Origin: Nemertoderma westbladi
Lineage: Eukaryota > Animalia > Xenacoelomorpha
DNA: 53,821 nt
Direction of reading: 5' to 3'
Assembly (NCBI GenBank): GCA_032718475.1
Contig: JAUCBJ010004101.1
Span: forward strand, 1 to 53,821
Part shown: in pieces, positions 35,871 to 50,086 of the stretch
Layout: each line of letters opens with the position of its first letter
How positions within the stretch are numbered: the first letter of the stretch is position 1
Program-made: the position numbers and the translations under genes
The notes under the pieces: generated by a model
Told to the model about the DNA's origin: nothing
Database searches by the model: none
Seen by the model: only the letters and a program-made list of their open reading frames with translations

Positions 35871-37679
35871 CCGGTCAGTCGGTAGGCCTACCAGTACCGT
35901 ATTTAAATGGTAGGCTACAAAGTAGGCCTACACAGCAGTACCGGTGCCGGTACCGGTACTAAAATACTTAAAATACCTGCTTTATACCTACATCTGTACA
36001 TGCAATACTATATACTATACTATACTATATACTAATACCGGTACTGATAGCCTGAGAGAACAGCAGTAGAAAAACCGGTAGCATGGAACCTAACGGTAAA
36101 TTTCTGGAGGACATAAAAAGTAAAAAAAAAGCTAATACCGGTACTGATAGCCGGAGAGAACAGCAGTAGAGAAACCGGTTACATGGAACCTAACGGTAGA
36201 TTTCTGGAGGACATAAAAAGTAAAAAAAAAAAGGACAAAAGAAGGATTTAAACGGACAATAAAAATTATTGCGTTAAATAATCCCAAACAAACATAGCCT
36301 AGCTATGTCATTATATCCCTACAGTATGCTATGCGAAATAGCAGTGACCGTAGATGAACCTACACTAGCACTGTCTGGGTGGGAGACAGTAATTTTTATT
36401 AAATAAGACATTTATGTTTGATGTTATAAAACAAATTATCCGTAGTTTTTTTATAATTTTGTACAGTACCGTAGATGGACTTTATTTTTCTCCTTTCTAT
36501 ACATTCCATTATTAGATTATATCAAAACAGATAAACAATAGCATTTACAATAAATTAAATAAATCCATTGTCCATAGTACCATTTTGTAAAAATATGAAT
36601 AGCTACACAATATAGATATTGTATAGGAATACCGCTGTTGCCAACCAACTCATAAAATAAATAACACGTTCTAGAATTTTGTAAATTTATTAGATGAAAA
36701 AGATGGCCTACAGCGAATGATCGTTCTTGCAATCTTTGAACGCCTATATCTGAGCTGTTTCTCAACGAAATTCAGATATTCTTACATATTTGGAATCCTT
36801 GCAACTAAAGCTTTTTAATGATATGAAAAAATTACGACTAATCGGAAGAATGGCCACGATACGGAGGGTGCGATTTCGAAAAAGACAGTTTTTTAAACGC
36901 TTATAAAAAAAATTTCAAGACAAAATCGCAAATTCCGGCTTCATGGGGTCATCGACGGTGAGTGGAACTACAGTAGTTGTGTTTCAAATTTCAAGCAACA
37001 TGATAAAGATTTTAAAAACTTGGGGAGAGGGGGGGTCCGTGTCATCAGAAAATGACACTATATTACGGGACATGGTGTATATATTAAAGCAGAATTATCA
37101 TTATTAATTATTTGCTTTTATTTTTAAACATACATGAATGATTAGGGGTGGTTGGACCGTTAACAGTGTTGTAATTATTTTTTTGGAATTATTTGTGGGC
37201 GATTTGTGGGAATTATATATTCCGTTAACAGTGTTGGGATTATTTGTGGGCAGTAATTCCGTTAACAGTATTGAAATTATTTGGGGGCTGTTATTCCGTT
37301 GACAGTATTACATTTCTGTTAAATACACAAGTCAATAATTATTAGCTATCGACTCAGTAATTGTCCGACCGAAGGAGATTTAAAGTTAAAGATATATTAA
37401 AAAATTTTATAAAAATATTTTAATAAAAATTAAAAAAAATAAAATAAAACCATTCTTACGATACAAACAGTAAATAGAACAACAAACTCGTACGAAATTA
37501 AAATTACCGTGGACAGAATCAATATTTCATGTGATGGCGCGGAATTGAGTAGTTTTGTATTAATAATTAAATATAATGCAATGCTACAAACAGCAAATAA
37601 ATATTTAGATCTGGTTACATAACTATCCAATAATATGTGGGCTCAATCTATCTTATTTACTCGAGTCGGCTGTTAACAT

Positions 37680-38015
37680 TTACGAGTAGTATGCTTCGCA
37701 CATGATCGATATAGCTCTATGAGCTCGACGGGAATAGGCCTTGTAAAAGTGGTCCCCACAGATCTTGGAGAGCCACAGATGGAAATCTTCCAGCTTCTCT
37801 CTTAGTAGAATGCACTTCGCTAAGACCTGGTAGGCGCGTGTGAATCCATTATTGGCGAGACTACCTCCGAATACTTCTCCTATTCCAGGGATGTACTTTA
37901 CACTCCGATTTCCCAACTCTCGAGCCAGAATCCGTCGATGTTTCTTCGTCTTCAGGATCTTCCCTATCTTCTTTCCGTTTCCACTTCTTCTCGCGTTCCC
38001 TCGACTTTCCTTACC
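37680..38015 (-). CDS. BAF-like terminal exon, intact, orphan
   Basis: Same 336-nt exon (Y->C: VLAKCILL); type A spacer upstream. Confidence 0.65.
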   Translation of the reverse strand, partial: GKESRGNARRSGNGKKIGKILKTKKHRRILARELGNRSVKYIPGIGEVFGGSLANNGFTRAYQVLAKCILLREKLEDFHLWLSKICGDHFYKAYSRRAHRAISIMCEAYYS

Positions 38016-39684
38016 CTGAAAGAATTGTATTGAGTATTTTGTAAAATGATTGTACGATGTTTTGAGAACCGAGTCACGAAAGTAAACTAAAAAAAGTAAA
38101 GTTATCTTTGTACATTATTTCAGGGAATACACACAAAGAATCACTTATTTCCAGTGCGATTCCCCCAGAACTACTGTATTCTGCCTAGAAGAAACTTACT
38201 CTTTTAGCGATCGTTTAAGGATGTAAGGCGCATAGATGAAACCGGGTTAACTTGAACCCACGGTAGCCAGATATGTTAATTATAGGTATTGGGCTTAACG
38301 ACAAGGATATCATCGCGGATATCATATCTCGTTCGAACGACTTTGCAGTATATTTTCTGGCGATTTATTATATGTATATGATATATCTGTATCTTGTACA
38401 GAAAAATTTTCTGTACAAATTAAATTATTTTTATAATTATTATATTATTTATTATTATTTATATATATTTTTATATTTATATTTAATTATTTATGTTATA
38501 TTATTTATACTGTAAATTATATTGTACAGAAAATATATTTAATATATTTTCTGTAAAATATAATTTGTGGCGATGCGGATCAGTTTTAGAGCTATTCTGG
38601 TCCCCCTGGATGAAAAGTAGGGTAAAAGTAAAAAAAAATTAAATGGAAAAATGTTGTGTTTGGTTGGATAATTGTGAAGGTATACGGGTTTTCGAGGTCG
38701 CTGAACATGATGACGCAACTATAAATGTGCCCCAGGACGAAAAGTACAAGAAGTATCAAAAATTTCAACAGTGAAATTTTGCCATTGTTTGGATAATTCT
38801 GACGCTATGTACTGTATGTAGCCTTTCACAGTCGCTGATGACGATACAACTCGTTAGAATATTTGTGGTTACGCAACTATCGTTTTTGGTGCTTGTCTGG
38901 TGGGACGAAAAATACAATAAGACCAGAAAATCAGGTTTATTTGCCAGAAAAGATTTAGGTTTACGCGAATTTGATGCCATCATTATTCATTGTCTAAAGA
39001 GACCAACAGTCATAGCCAGCGCGCGAACAAAGCGTCTTATGCTATGACTCTAAGTTAAAGAAATATCAGTCAAATAAGTATGGGAAACTAAACATTATTT
39101 TTGATCAAACCTGTTGTCTCCTGAGCTAGAAAATCAGGATATCAAATTATTATATTTGACCGTTTTGCATGCTGTATCTCTCCGTACACAGTGTATATAA
39201 TATAGAAGACCTACAATTCAATTATAATTAACATAATAAAAATAAACCCGCCTCTACATCGATTAATTAACTCATACCAGGGGAGTGCAGAGCCCTGAAT
39301 ATACAGTATCATTATTATTTATTCTATTGGTCTTTGATTAACGTACAGTACAGTAGGCACTATTTTATTGTGCATTAGATCTCTTTTAGCACTGCTAGTG
39401 TTTGGTCATGTAGGGCCTACTTATGGTTTTACCAGGAAGCTTTCGATTTCTAATACAGGTAGTAGCTATAGATTTTATACAAATTCAAAAATATAATATA
39501 GTTTCAAATAATATTGTTGCAAAATTAATCTGTTTATAATAAATAGTCTAAAATACTGTTCCTGCGCAGTTGACCAATATAGTTAACGCTTTTACATTAT
39601 TAATATTATTATATTATATTAAAGCTTTTCGAAGTACATTTTGTCTGTAAGAAATTTATCTTTCGGCAATTTCTTTCCTTTTCA

Positions 39685-40069
39685 TCATTTCTTCGATCTT
39701 GCCCGTCCTTTCTTCCCCTGTAAATATCAATTCATATACTGTTACACTCACTTAATTACGTATATGTACTGTATATAGTAGACCTAAACCCACATTATAT
39801 CCTATATTATATTTAGTCAAACAAACCTTCACTTTCTTTCCCTTTCCTCTACGACTTCTAGATCTGCTTCCTTTACCACGGCGACTCCTAGACCTGCTCT
39901 TCTTTCCCTTCTTACTTCCCTTTCGTTTTTTACGTCTCCTTTTCTCCATTTCGTTCCGGCTGGTGGAACGATTACCACTCTCTGATAGGCTCCTACTTTT
40001 CCTTTCATCTAAGGCCCAACTCGGCAAACTATCCAGCCCTAAATCGCTATCTTCCTCTTGAACAGGCAT
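39685..40069 (-). CDS. Protamine-like protein, short form (91 aa)
   Basis: Exon 1 40069-39827; exon 2 39717-39685 (GKKGRARSKK*). Confidence 0.75.
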
Positions 40070-40321
40070 GCTTTTTCAATGTATTTACCAAAAATTATGT
40101 ACAGTATTTCCTAAAGAAAAAATGATATCAGAATTTATTTTGTAAATCATTTTTCTCCTAAATGACATAAGTTGATGTGTCGTTCTATTATATATCATAG
40201 TTTGAATTCCAGAACTTAGTTTTGATTGGTTGATTTGAGCAATACTCTTCTGATTATCTGATTGGCTAAAATAAACTTGTATTTGGTAGGCGGTTTTGGT
40301 GGGAGGTTTACCCGTTAACGG

Positions 40322-41105
40322 GATTCGGCATTACTATGTTATGGGTACCCACTTTTTGACCTTTTATTTGACCATGTTAATGGCTATTAACAGCCACGTC
40401 TCTTTCGAGACAACTGGCGGAATGGGTGAAGCGGTTCGGTGTCCCCACGCGTTGCGCTTCTGACGGCGGCCCACAGTTCTCAGGAAAGGATTTCCTAAGC
40501 GTCTGGGGAGTCGAGCCTATCACATCCTCCCCAGTTTACCCACAGAGTAACGGCCTTGCGGAGTCCGCTGTCAAGGCGACTAAGGCGTTACTACTGTAAC
40601 TAAGACAGGGGGGAAACTGGACTCATCGTCATTCCAGGAGGAACTCCTGGAACTTCGCAACTTCCCCTGCGCCCACGGAAAGTCGCCGGCTGACGACCCG
40701 CACGGAGCTCGACCAGGCAGTGCCCTCGCTCCTAAAATCCCAGACAGCCACATACAATCGTGGCGCACGACCCCTACCCCCCTTAGCGGTAGGGGCACCT
40801 GTGCGGGTTCAAAACCCCACATCGAAACGTTGGGACCGCACCGGGGTCATTGTGGAATCAAATCCCAACCGGAAGTACAGCGTTCGGACGCCTTCCGGTC
40901 GGTGCCTCACCCGCAACCGCCGCCACCTCATCCAGGGCACGGCCACTGGCATCAACGACGGCTCCAGCGCTGCCACGCCCCGTCCAACGCCACAGAAGGG
41001 CATGTTCACTGGGCTGACGAACAAGCCAGTGTGTCTCCCGATCGGCACGCCGTTCCTACCCACGCCGCCGAAGGCAACCGTCCAATGGACTATGATAGTT
41101 TGTGT
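40322..41105 (+). mobile_element. Integrase fragment (frameshifted, different deletion)
   Basis: Same fragment with small insertion at ~40590 and deletion at ~40693. Confidence 0.85.
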
Positions 41106-41377
41106 AGGGGTGGATGGACCGTTAACAGTATTGTAATTATTTTTTTGGAATTATTTGTGGGCGATTTGTGGGAATTATTTATTCCGTTAACAGTGTTGGG
41201 ATTATTTGTGGGCAGTAATTCCGTTAACAGTATTGGAATTATTTGGGGGTGGTTATTCCGTTGACAGTATTACATTTCTGTTAAATACACAAGTCAATAA
41301 TTATTAGCTATCGACTCAGTAATTATCCGACCGAAGGAGATTTAAAGTTAAAGATATATTAAAAAATTTTATAAAAA

Positions 41378-43588
41378 TCTATCTAATATATATAAATCTC
41401 GATTGTCTGTGTGTTTGTCATCGGCTATACAATCGAACCCATCTCGATGAAATCTCGCTTGCTATAGCTCGTTAGAAAGGTCTCGCTCTAACTCGTTGCA
41501 ACGTAATACTCAGAGTCGTCTGAAGTTCGCCCGTCTGCCGCTAGAGGGCGATTTTCGTGATTTTAGGGCGAAATTTATTGAATTATTTCGGTTCTTCTAT
41601 CGGTAATTAATGATTTAGAGGGCTAACATTTATCCCACCTAGTATAAAATTAACATGGGTAGATTCGCCGTGTCCCATTCTCACAAAGTTTTTATTTTAT
41701 TCGAGTGTTTAATATAAATATGTATGATTATTTATTAATTAAAAATCAAATAGTGTATAAATATGTCATATTCGCCAAGCACGATCGAATTGGCCTATTG
41801 GTATTGAATAGGGAAGGATTGTTTTCTGTATCATAGCAACGTTAAGGTAATTATTGAACTGCAGCTAGCTGGCTGGGCACAGATAAGGAGCAAGCAGGCT
41901 GGAGTGTTGATTGGGGTGGGTTTGGGTTGTCTATTGCGAATTGCTCAGAGTAATTCTGCTTTCTCAATCACAATCATTGGCTGCATGGAAGGAGAGGTTT
42001 ATAACATTTTTGTTTTACTGTTATGAATATTAAAAGTAAAATAATTATTTCTGTAGGCCTATACTTACTGTATTATTATTTTATCGAATATTATACATCT
42101 AATCTCGATGAAATCTCGCTTACTATAGCTCGTTAGATAGGTCTCACCCTAAGTCGTTGCAACGTAATACTCAGAGCCGTCTGAAGTTCCCCCGTCTGCC
42201 GCTAGAGGGCGAATTGTCCGATAGTGAAAACCTGATCTTATTGGGTTGTTTTTAATGCTTTTGAGCTGAAACTTGGTAGCTATATACTGCAGCATAGGCT
42301 GTATTATTTCCGGAGTCACTGGGTTGTCTACAGTTCCCCAGTCTACCGTTAGAGGGCTAAATGTCTGAGAGTTAACATCTTCTCCAACTTTGTTATTTAC
42401 AATCCGTTTAGACTGAAACTTGGTAGGCATCTACTACAGCATAGACTGTATCTTTACTGAGTAGCAGAGTCGTCTACAATTCCCCGGTCTACCGCTAGAG
42501 GGCGAAATGTCTGAAAGTTAACATCTTCTCCAACTTTGTTATTTTTAATGCTTTTGAGCTGAAACTTGGTAGCTATATACTGCAGCATAGGCTGTATATT
42601 TTCGGAGTCACTGATTTGTCTACAGTTCCCCAGTCTACCGTTAGAGGGCTAAATGTCTGAGAGTTAACATCTTCTCCAACTTTATTATTTACAATCCGTT
42701 TTGACTGAAACTTGGTAGGCATCTACTACAGCATAGGCTGTATCTTTACTGAGTCGCAGAGTCGTCTACAATTTCCCAGTCTACCGCTAGAGGGCGAAAT
42801 GTCTGCAAGTTAACATCTTCTCCAACTTTGTTATTTACAATCCTTTTAGACTGAAACTTGGTAGGCATCTACTATAGCATAGGCTATATCTTTGCGGAGT
42901 AGTAGAGTCGTCTACAGTTCCACAGTCAGCCGCAAGAGGGCGAATTGTCTGATAGTGAAAACCTCATCCCATTTGGTTCTTTTTAATCCTTTTGAGCTGA
43001 AACTTGGCAGGTATCTACTACGTCCTAGGCTCTATCTTTACGGAGTTGCAGAGTCCTATACACTTCCCCAGTCTACCGCTAGAGGGCGAAATGTCTGCAA
43101 GTTAACATCTTCTCCAACTTTGTTATTTACAATCCTTTTAGACTGAAACTTGGTAGGCATCTACTACAGCATAGGCTCTACCTTTACGGAGTCGCAGAGT
43201 TGTATACAGTTCCCCTATCTGCCGCTAAATGGCGAATTGTCTGATAGTGAACACCTCATCCCAATTGGTTCTTTTTAATCCCTTTGAGCTGAAACTTGGC
43301 AGGAATCTACTACTGTACAGCATATTCTGTATCTTTACTGAGTCCCAGAGTCGTCTACAGTTCTTCAGTCTACCGCTACTGTAGAAGTCTGAATGTGAAC
43401 ATCTACACCAATTTTGTTATTTACAATCTGACTAAAGTTGAAACTTGACAGTTATCTCTTATGGGGGTGGTGTTTTATTTAATGATGGTGTCTGTTCCAT
43501 ATGCAGTTCTCCAATCTCCCACACATATTCATATATCATCTGCACATGCACTAGAAAGCTGTGGCCCGAAGGGCCACAGGCTTTCTAG
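41378..43588 (+). mobile_element. Non-autonomous Helitron
   Basis: Starts TCTATCTAATATATATAAA, ends with GC hairpin ctgtggccc-gaa-gggccacag and CTAG; inserted between A and T with no TSD (empty site ataaaaa|tattc in other units). Confidence 0.92.
42180..43450 (+). repeat. 146-bp tandem repeat (~9 units) inside the Helitron
   Basis: gaaacttg anchors at 42268, 42415, 42561, 42707, 42853, 42999, 43145, 43291, 43440. Confidence 0.9.
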
Positions 43589-43852
43589 TATTCTAATAAA
43601 AATTAAAAAAAATAAAATAAAACCATTCTTACGATACAAACAGTAAATAGAACAACAAACTCGTACGAAATTAAAATGACCGTGGACAGAATGAATATTT
43701 CATGTGATGCTGCGGAATTGAGTAGTTTTGTATTAATAATTAAATATAATGCAATGCTACAAACAGCAAATAAATATTTAGATCTGGTTACATAACTATC
43801 CAATAATATGTGGGCTCAATCTATCTTATTTACTCGAGTCGGCTGTTAACAT

Positions 43853-44609
43853 TTACGAGTAGTATGCTTCGCACATGATCGATATAGCTCTATGAGCTCG
43901 ACGGGAATAGGCCTTGTAAAAGTGGTCCCCACAGATCTTGGAGAGCCACAGATGGAAATCTTCCAGCTTCTCTCTTAGTAGAATGTACTTCGCTAAGACC
44001 TGGTAGGCGCGTGTGAATCCATTACTGGCGAGACTACCTCCGAATACTTCTCCTATTCCAGGGATGTACTTTACACTCCGATTTCCCAACTCTCGAGCCA
44101 GAATCCGTCGATGTTTCTTCGTCTTCAGGATCTTCCCTATCTTCTTTCCGTTTCCACTTCTTCTCGCGTTTCCTCGACTTCCCTTACCCTGAAAGAATTG
44201 TATTGAGCATTTTGTAAAATGATTTTACGATGTTTAATAAGAACCGAGTCACGAAAGTAAACTAAAAAAAGTAAAGTTATCTTTGTACATTATTTCAGGG
44301 AATACGCACAAAGAATCACTTATTTCCAGTGCGATTCCCCCAGAACTACTGTATTCTGCCTAGAAGAAACTTACTCTTTTAGCGATCGTTTAAGGATGCA
44401 AGGCGCATAGATGAAACCGGGTTAACTTGAACCCACGGTAGCCAGATATGTTAATTATAGGTAATGGGCTAAACGACAAGGATATCACAGAGAAATATAT
44501 CCCAACATAAATTATATTGTATTAAAATAAATAAACAAACCTTCCCTTTCATCCCATTCCCTCTACGACTCCTTGACCTGCTTCTATTCCCTTTCTTCTT
44601 CGCAGCCAT
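43853..44609 (-). CDS. BAF-like protein with protamine-like tail, complete copy 3 (134 aa)
   Basis: Exon 1 44609-44541, exon 2 44188-43853. Same structure; one N->S change (GSLASN). Confidence 0.85.
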
Positions 44610-46071
44610 TTAGTCCCAACACGGATACAGTACCTGTTATTATTATCTATCCTAATTAATTTAAATTCTGTTACAAATTTAATAGAGCGATTCGTGTATG
44701 ACAACTTTTTTCAATGTTTGTTATTTATATATGAAGACTAAATTCTAGAATTAGTTAACCCACCGATTAAATTATATTATAGGTGGTTGATTGGATGTAA
44801 TAAACCAACGGCGTATTAATTCTGTTAACGGTATTCAGAATCCCCCCCCCCCCCCCTGGACATTACATTGTACTCATTCTATTGTCTTAATTTGGAACAA
44901 GTCTCCACCACCCACAACCTACGTAGGTATGGGAGGCCCACTAAATTATTATACTGTACCTACAAATCCTAATCGCTTGAAATTTTAATCATAAACAGTT
45001 GGGTCCTAATATTTATTAGCATGGTAATACTTATTTATATTAGCTTAAACAGGGTGTTATATATCTTTTGGGGCGAGCCCCGAAATATGCGAAGCCTTAG
45101 CATTGGGGTAGGCCTACCACTAATGATTTGTCTGTCGTTATTGTCTGTCGTCGTCGTCTAATATTTGATCGCTAATAACTCGGTTATTCCATAATAAACT
45201 TAAACCAAACTTGGTACGTATGTAGACCGTCAAACGTTTAGAAAGAATCTGAAGTTTAGTCAAAAATCCGACTGTCTGACATTTTGCATTCTCGGGCCGA
45301 GAATGTCATGTACTTTTGGCGGGAACGGCGACCCACACATACAATGAAAAAAAAAAGAGTTTCGGTATAATTGTTAGTTAAAACTGATTTCTGAGATGTT
45401 TCTGACTGTTGTTAGGGGGTAAGTGTGATGAGTATTATTTTTCGCCAACTACTGTAGGTGAAGAAATTTGTTAAAAAGATAAGTTTGTGTAAGGCCGTGG
45501 ACAGTTTTGTAAAACGAGATTATACAAAATAATGGCACCCGGTCTTGAGGAGAGGGGCTGTAGGTTGCATTCCTTTTCGGTGCTACAGTAGCTAGTTTAA
45601 GGATATCAGTTCCGAGGTTGCTAAGAGATCAGAGCAACCTATGAGAGATGTCACACCATACAGCGCAGCCGTACTCCAACTTGGTCGTACATAAAACTGG
45701 TGTAGGCCTATATTATAAGCTAAATAAATTTTAATATAATAAGATGAACCAGACTCAACTTCGATTAACGCATACTAGGGGAGTGCCCTGCCCTGCCCTG
45801 AATATGTCATTATTATGTTAGTCCTTGGTAAGTATGTTATTGTGTAGACCTATTATAACTCTCTTATATTAGTTAGCTAGTGTTTTTTTTCATATTGTTT
45901 TACCAGGCAGCTAGTGATTTCTAATAGTACAAGTAGCTATCGATTTTATATAGGTAATTTAAAAAATATAGGGTTTCAAATAATATTGCTGCACAATTTA
46001 TTAATTAATATGTTTATTGTAAATCGTCTAAATTACTGCCACAGTTGGCCGGTATCGTAAACTGTTCGATA

Positions 46072-46357
46072 TTAAAGCTTTTTGAAGAACATTTTGTCTG
46101 TAAGAACTTTATCTTTCGGCATTTTCTTCCCTTTTCCACGTTTATTCGATCTTCCCCGTCCTTTATTTCCCTGTAAATATCAATTCATATTCTGTTACAC
46201 TCACTTAATTACGTATATGTACTGTATATAGTAGACCTAAACCCACATTATATCCTATATTATATTTAGTCAAACAAACCTTCACTTTCTTTCCCTTTCC
46301 TCTACGACTTCTAGATCTGCTTCCTTTACCGCGGCGACTCCAATACAATTCAAACAT
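46072..46357 (-). pseudogene. 5'-deleted protamine-like copy with a new in-frame ATG (58 aa); promoter hit by a LINE
   Basis: Most of exon 1 is replaced by ~30-bp filler giving MFELYWSRRGKGSRSRSRRGKGKKVK (46357-46280). Exon 2 46170-46072 is intact. Confidence 0.65.
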
Positions 46358-46538
46358 TTTTGAAATAATATGTATTTACCAAAAATTATGTACAGTATTT
46401 CCTAAAGAAAAAATGATATCAGAATTTATTTTGTAAATCATTTTTCTCCTAAATGACATAAGTTGATGTGTCGTTCTATTATATATCATAGTTTGAATTC
46501 CAGAACTTAGTTTTGATTGGTTGATTTGAGCAATACTC

Positions 46539-46540
<2 letters not shown>

Positions 46541-46580
<40 letters not shown>

Positions 46581-48480
46581 CGATTCACCCCGTTCGGGGT
46601 AATTTAATTGGCTAAAACGGTTCATATAGTAAACATGTATATACAGTGTACAGTTACACGATAAAGTATAGAGTTTAGAGATACGGTAAGTAACATTAAA
46701 TAATTAAAACGGTACTATGTGGTTTAATGACACAGAATGGTTGTTATATTAAAATGTTTACAATGCATAGTTGTTTGCTAGTGCGTTGAGAGAGGGACAG
46801 TCCTTGCATGTTAATGCATGATGTAGTTGTATATCTTCTTCATCGCAGTAGATACAGCGGCAATCAGTGCTAATTTCATGGAAAGGATGTTTATTGGAAC
46901 AGATTTTATAATGGAATCCATGGAATGTAGCTCTTGTCACAGCATGTCGGTTGGTTTGTCCAGGCTGTCTCCAAGTTTCTGATGCGAAGGCAGGTCCACG
47001 TTTATAATTCATGGATTCAAATATTGTTTCCTTTTCAACACGGCAAGCTTTGTATTGTTCAATAATATTTGCCTTGAACATTAAGGGTCTTTTCGTTATT
47101 AGATCTTCTATAAAGGTTGGAGTGCCTATAAGTTTCAAAGCCATTGTATTGGACGCATTTTTTGGCAATCCTAGAAGACGTTTCATAAAAGCTGCTTTTA
47201 TTCTATCTATGTCTTTGAGGTTGGATAGTGTAAAATATATGCCAATCTCAGAAAATGCGTAGGTGACCATCGGTTCTATTTTCATTCTAAATATTTTTAC
47301 CCCTGTGGCTATTGATATTAGCTGCAGGTTCCTCAAGCAGCCAATTGCGGCATAAGATATCCTCTTCTTCGTATCTATATGTTTAGAGAAACAAAGTGTT
47401 GGCTGCAAGATAACTCCCAAATATTTATAATGGTTACAAAATTCCACATTCTCATTATTGTATATTAATTTATCTGTTCTGCGTAATGGGCCTCCCCTTC
47501 TAAATTTCAAAATTTTGGTTTTCTTTAAATTTACAGCCATTTTGTTTAATTTGCACCATTTGTGGAGCTCGTGTAGCGCTGTTTGAATGTGTTCTCGATT
47601 TGATGAATAGATTACTAAATCATCTGCGAAAAATATAAACCTGAGAGTATCAGCAATGAGACGTAATGTCGAGGCAAGATCTGCGATGAACATCAAAAAA
47701 CATGTTGGAGAAAAACAGTCTCCTTGGAGTATTTCTCGTAACTGCTCTATTGGGTTTGAGAGTTTTATGCCATCGTAAATTTTTACTGTGTTCCGAAATA
47801 TGTCCCTGATAAGATTATACACTTTACCCTTTACGCCAAATATAGTGTAGAGCTTGTACATTAGGATTGATCGATTTACAAGATCAAATGCCTTCCGTAG
47901 GTCTACGAATGCTGCATAAACTACTCTCTGAGATGATGGGCGGCTGGCTTTGTTGATGATAGTGGATACGTCGTCAAGGAGCTTTTTAAGGGCATGCAAC
48001 GTAGATTTACCACACGTAAAGCCATACTGCTCTTCCGGTAATAGGTGAGCAATGTGCTTTCTAACTCTCTGGTTTATAATAGTGGTCAGCATTTTAAGCA
48101 TGACACAGATTAAAGCTATCCCACGGTAATTGTCCGGTAGTGATTTATTTCCCGTCCCTTTATACATTATCTTGATTAAACTCGTTTTCCATTGGAGTGG
48201 TATTTTGCCAATGTCTAAACACATGTTGTATAAACATACTAGTGTTGTTAAGATCACAGATGCGCTTATTTTAATATGCTCATTAAAAACGCGATCAGGT
48301 CCACATGCCTTTTTATCAGAAGATTTCCCTATTGAAGCCGACACCTCATCCTCCGTTATGGGTGAGTTGTACCATTGGTCGTCTGCCAGTTCATGAACGG
48401 TTGGCATTGGTGTTACGACGTCTGTATCATCACATTTCCCCAGTAATTGCGTGAAATGATTTTCCAGTTCTTCTGTTGGG
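46541..48480 (-). mobile_element. 5'-truncated non-LTR retrotransposon with intact RT and poly(A) tail
   Basis: ORF 48407-46758: KACGPD, NYRGIAL, FVDLRKAFD, QGDCFSP, FFADD, KYLG, C-terminal Cys/His cluster; T-run 46544-46580. Confidence 0.92.
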
Positions 48481-48531
48481 AATAAACTTGTATTTGGTAG
48501 GCGGTTTTGGTGGGAGGTTTACCCGTTAACG

Positions 48532-49215
48532 GGATTCGGCATTACTATGTTATGGGTACCCACTTTTTGACCTTTTATTTGACCATGTTAATGGCTATTA
48601 ACAGCCACGTCTCTTTCGAGACAACTGGCGGAATGGGTGAAGGGGTTCGGTGTCCCCACGCGTTTCGCTTCTGACGGCGGCCCACAGTTCTCAGGAAAGG
48701 ATTTCCTAAGCGTCTGGGGAATCGAGCCTATCACATCCTCCCCAGTTTACCCACAGAGTAACGGCCTTGCGGAGTCCGCTGTCAAGGCGACTAAGGCGTT
48801 TCTAACTAAGACAAGTTGGAAACTGGACTCATCGTCATTCCAGGAGGGACTCCTGGAATCCCAGACAGCCACATACAATCGTGGCGCGCGACCCCTACCC
48901 CCCTTAGCGGTAGGGGCACCTGTGCGGGTTCAAAACACCACATCGAAACGTTGGGACCGCAACGGGGTCATTGTGGAATCCAATCCCAACCGGAAGTACA
49001 GCGTTCGGACGCCTTCCGGTCGGTGCCTCACCCGAACCGCCGCCACCTCATCCAGGGCACGGCCACTGGCATCAACGACGGCTCCAGCGCCGCCACGCCA
49101 CAGAAGGGCGTGTTCACTGGGCTGACGAACAAGCCAGTGTGTCTCCCGATCGGCCACGCCGTTCCTACCCACGCCGCCGAAGGCAACCGCCCAATAGACT
49201 ATGATAGTTTGTGTA
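48532..49215 (+). mobile_element. Integrase fragment (short variant)
   Basis: Same deletion as the 16164 and 20321 copies. Confidence 0.85.
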
Positions 49216-49750
49216 GGGGTGGATGGGCCGTTAACAGTGTTGTAATTATTTTTTTGGAATTATTTGTGGGCGATTTGTGGGAATTATTTATTCCGTTAAC
49301 AGTGTTGGGATTATTTGTGGGCAGTAATTCCGTTAACAGTATTGGAATTATTTGGGGGTGGTTATTCCGTTAACAGTATTACATTTCTGTTAAATACACA
49401 AGTCAATAATTATTAGCTATCGACTCAGTAATTATCCGACCGAAGGAGATTTAAAGTTAAAGATATATTAAAAAATTTTATAAAAATATTCTAATAAAAA
49501 TTAAAAAAAATAAAATAAAACCATTCTTACGATACAAACAGTAAATAGAACAACAAACTCGTACGAAATTAAAATTACCGTGGACAGAATGAATATTTCA
49601 TGTGATGGCGCGGAATTGAGTAGTTTTGTATTAATAATTAAATATAATGCAATGCTACAAACAGCAAATAAATATTTAGATCTGGTTACATAACTATCCA
49701 ATAACATGTGGGCTCAATCTATCTTATTTACTCGAGTCGGCTGTTAACAT

Positions 49751-50086
49751 TTACGAGTAGTATGCTTCGCACATGATCGATATAGCTCTATGAGCTCGAC
49801 GGGAATAGGCCTTGTAAAAGTGGTCCCCACAGATCTTGGAGAGCCACAGATGGAAATCTTCCAGCTTCTCTCTTAGTAGAATGTACTTCGCTAAGACCTG
49901 GTAGGCGCGTGTGAATCCATTATTGGCGAGACTACCTCCGAATACTTCTCCTATTCCAGGGATGTACTTTACACTCCGATTTCCCAACTCTCGAGCCAGA
50001 ATCCGTCGATGTTTCTTCGTCTTCAGGATCTTCCCTATCTTCTTTCCGTTTCCACTTCTTCTCGCGTTCCCTCGACTTCCCTTACC
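49751..50086 (-). CDS. BAF-like terminal exon, intact, orphan (right edge of array)
   Basis: Same 336-nt exon; intron homology stops at ~50149 (accgagtca) and unique sequence follows. Confidence 0.6.
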   Translation of the reverse strand, partial: GKGSRGNARRSGNGKKIGKILKTKKHRRILARELGNRSVKYIPGIGEVFGGSLANNGFTRAYQVLAKYILLREKLEDFHLWLSKICGDHFYKAYSRRAHRAISIMCEAYYS

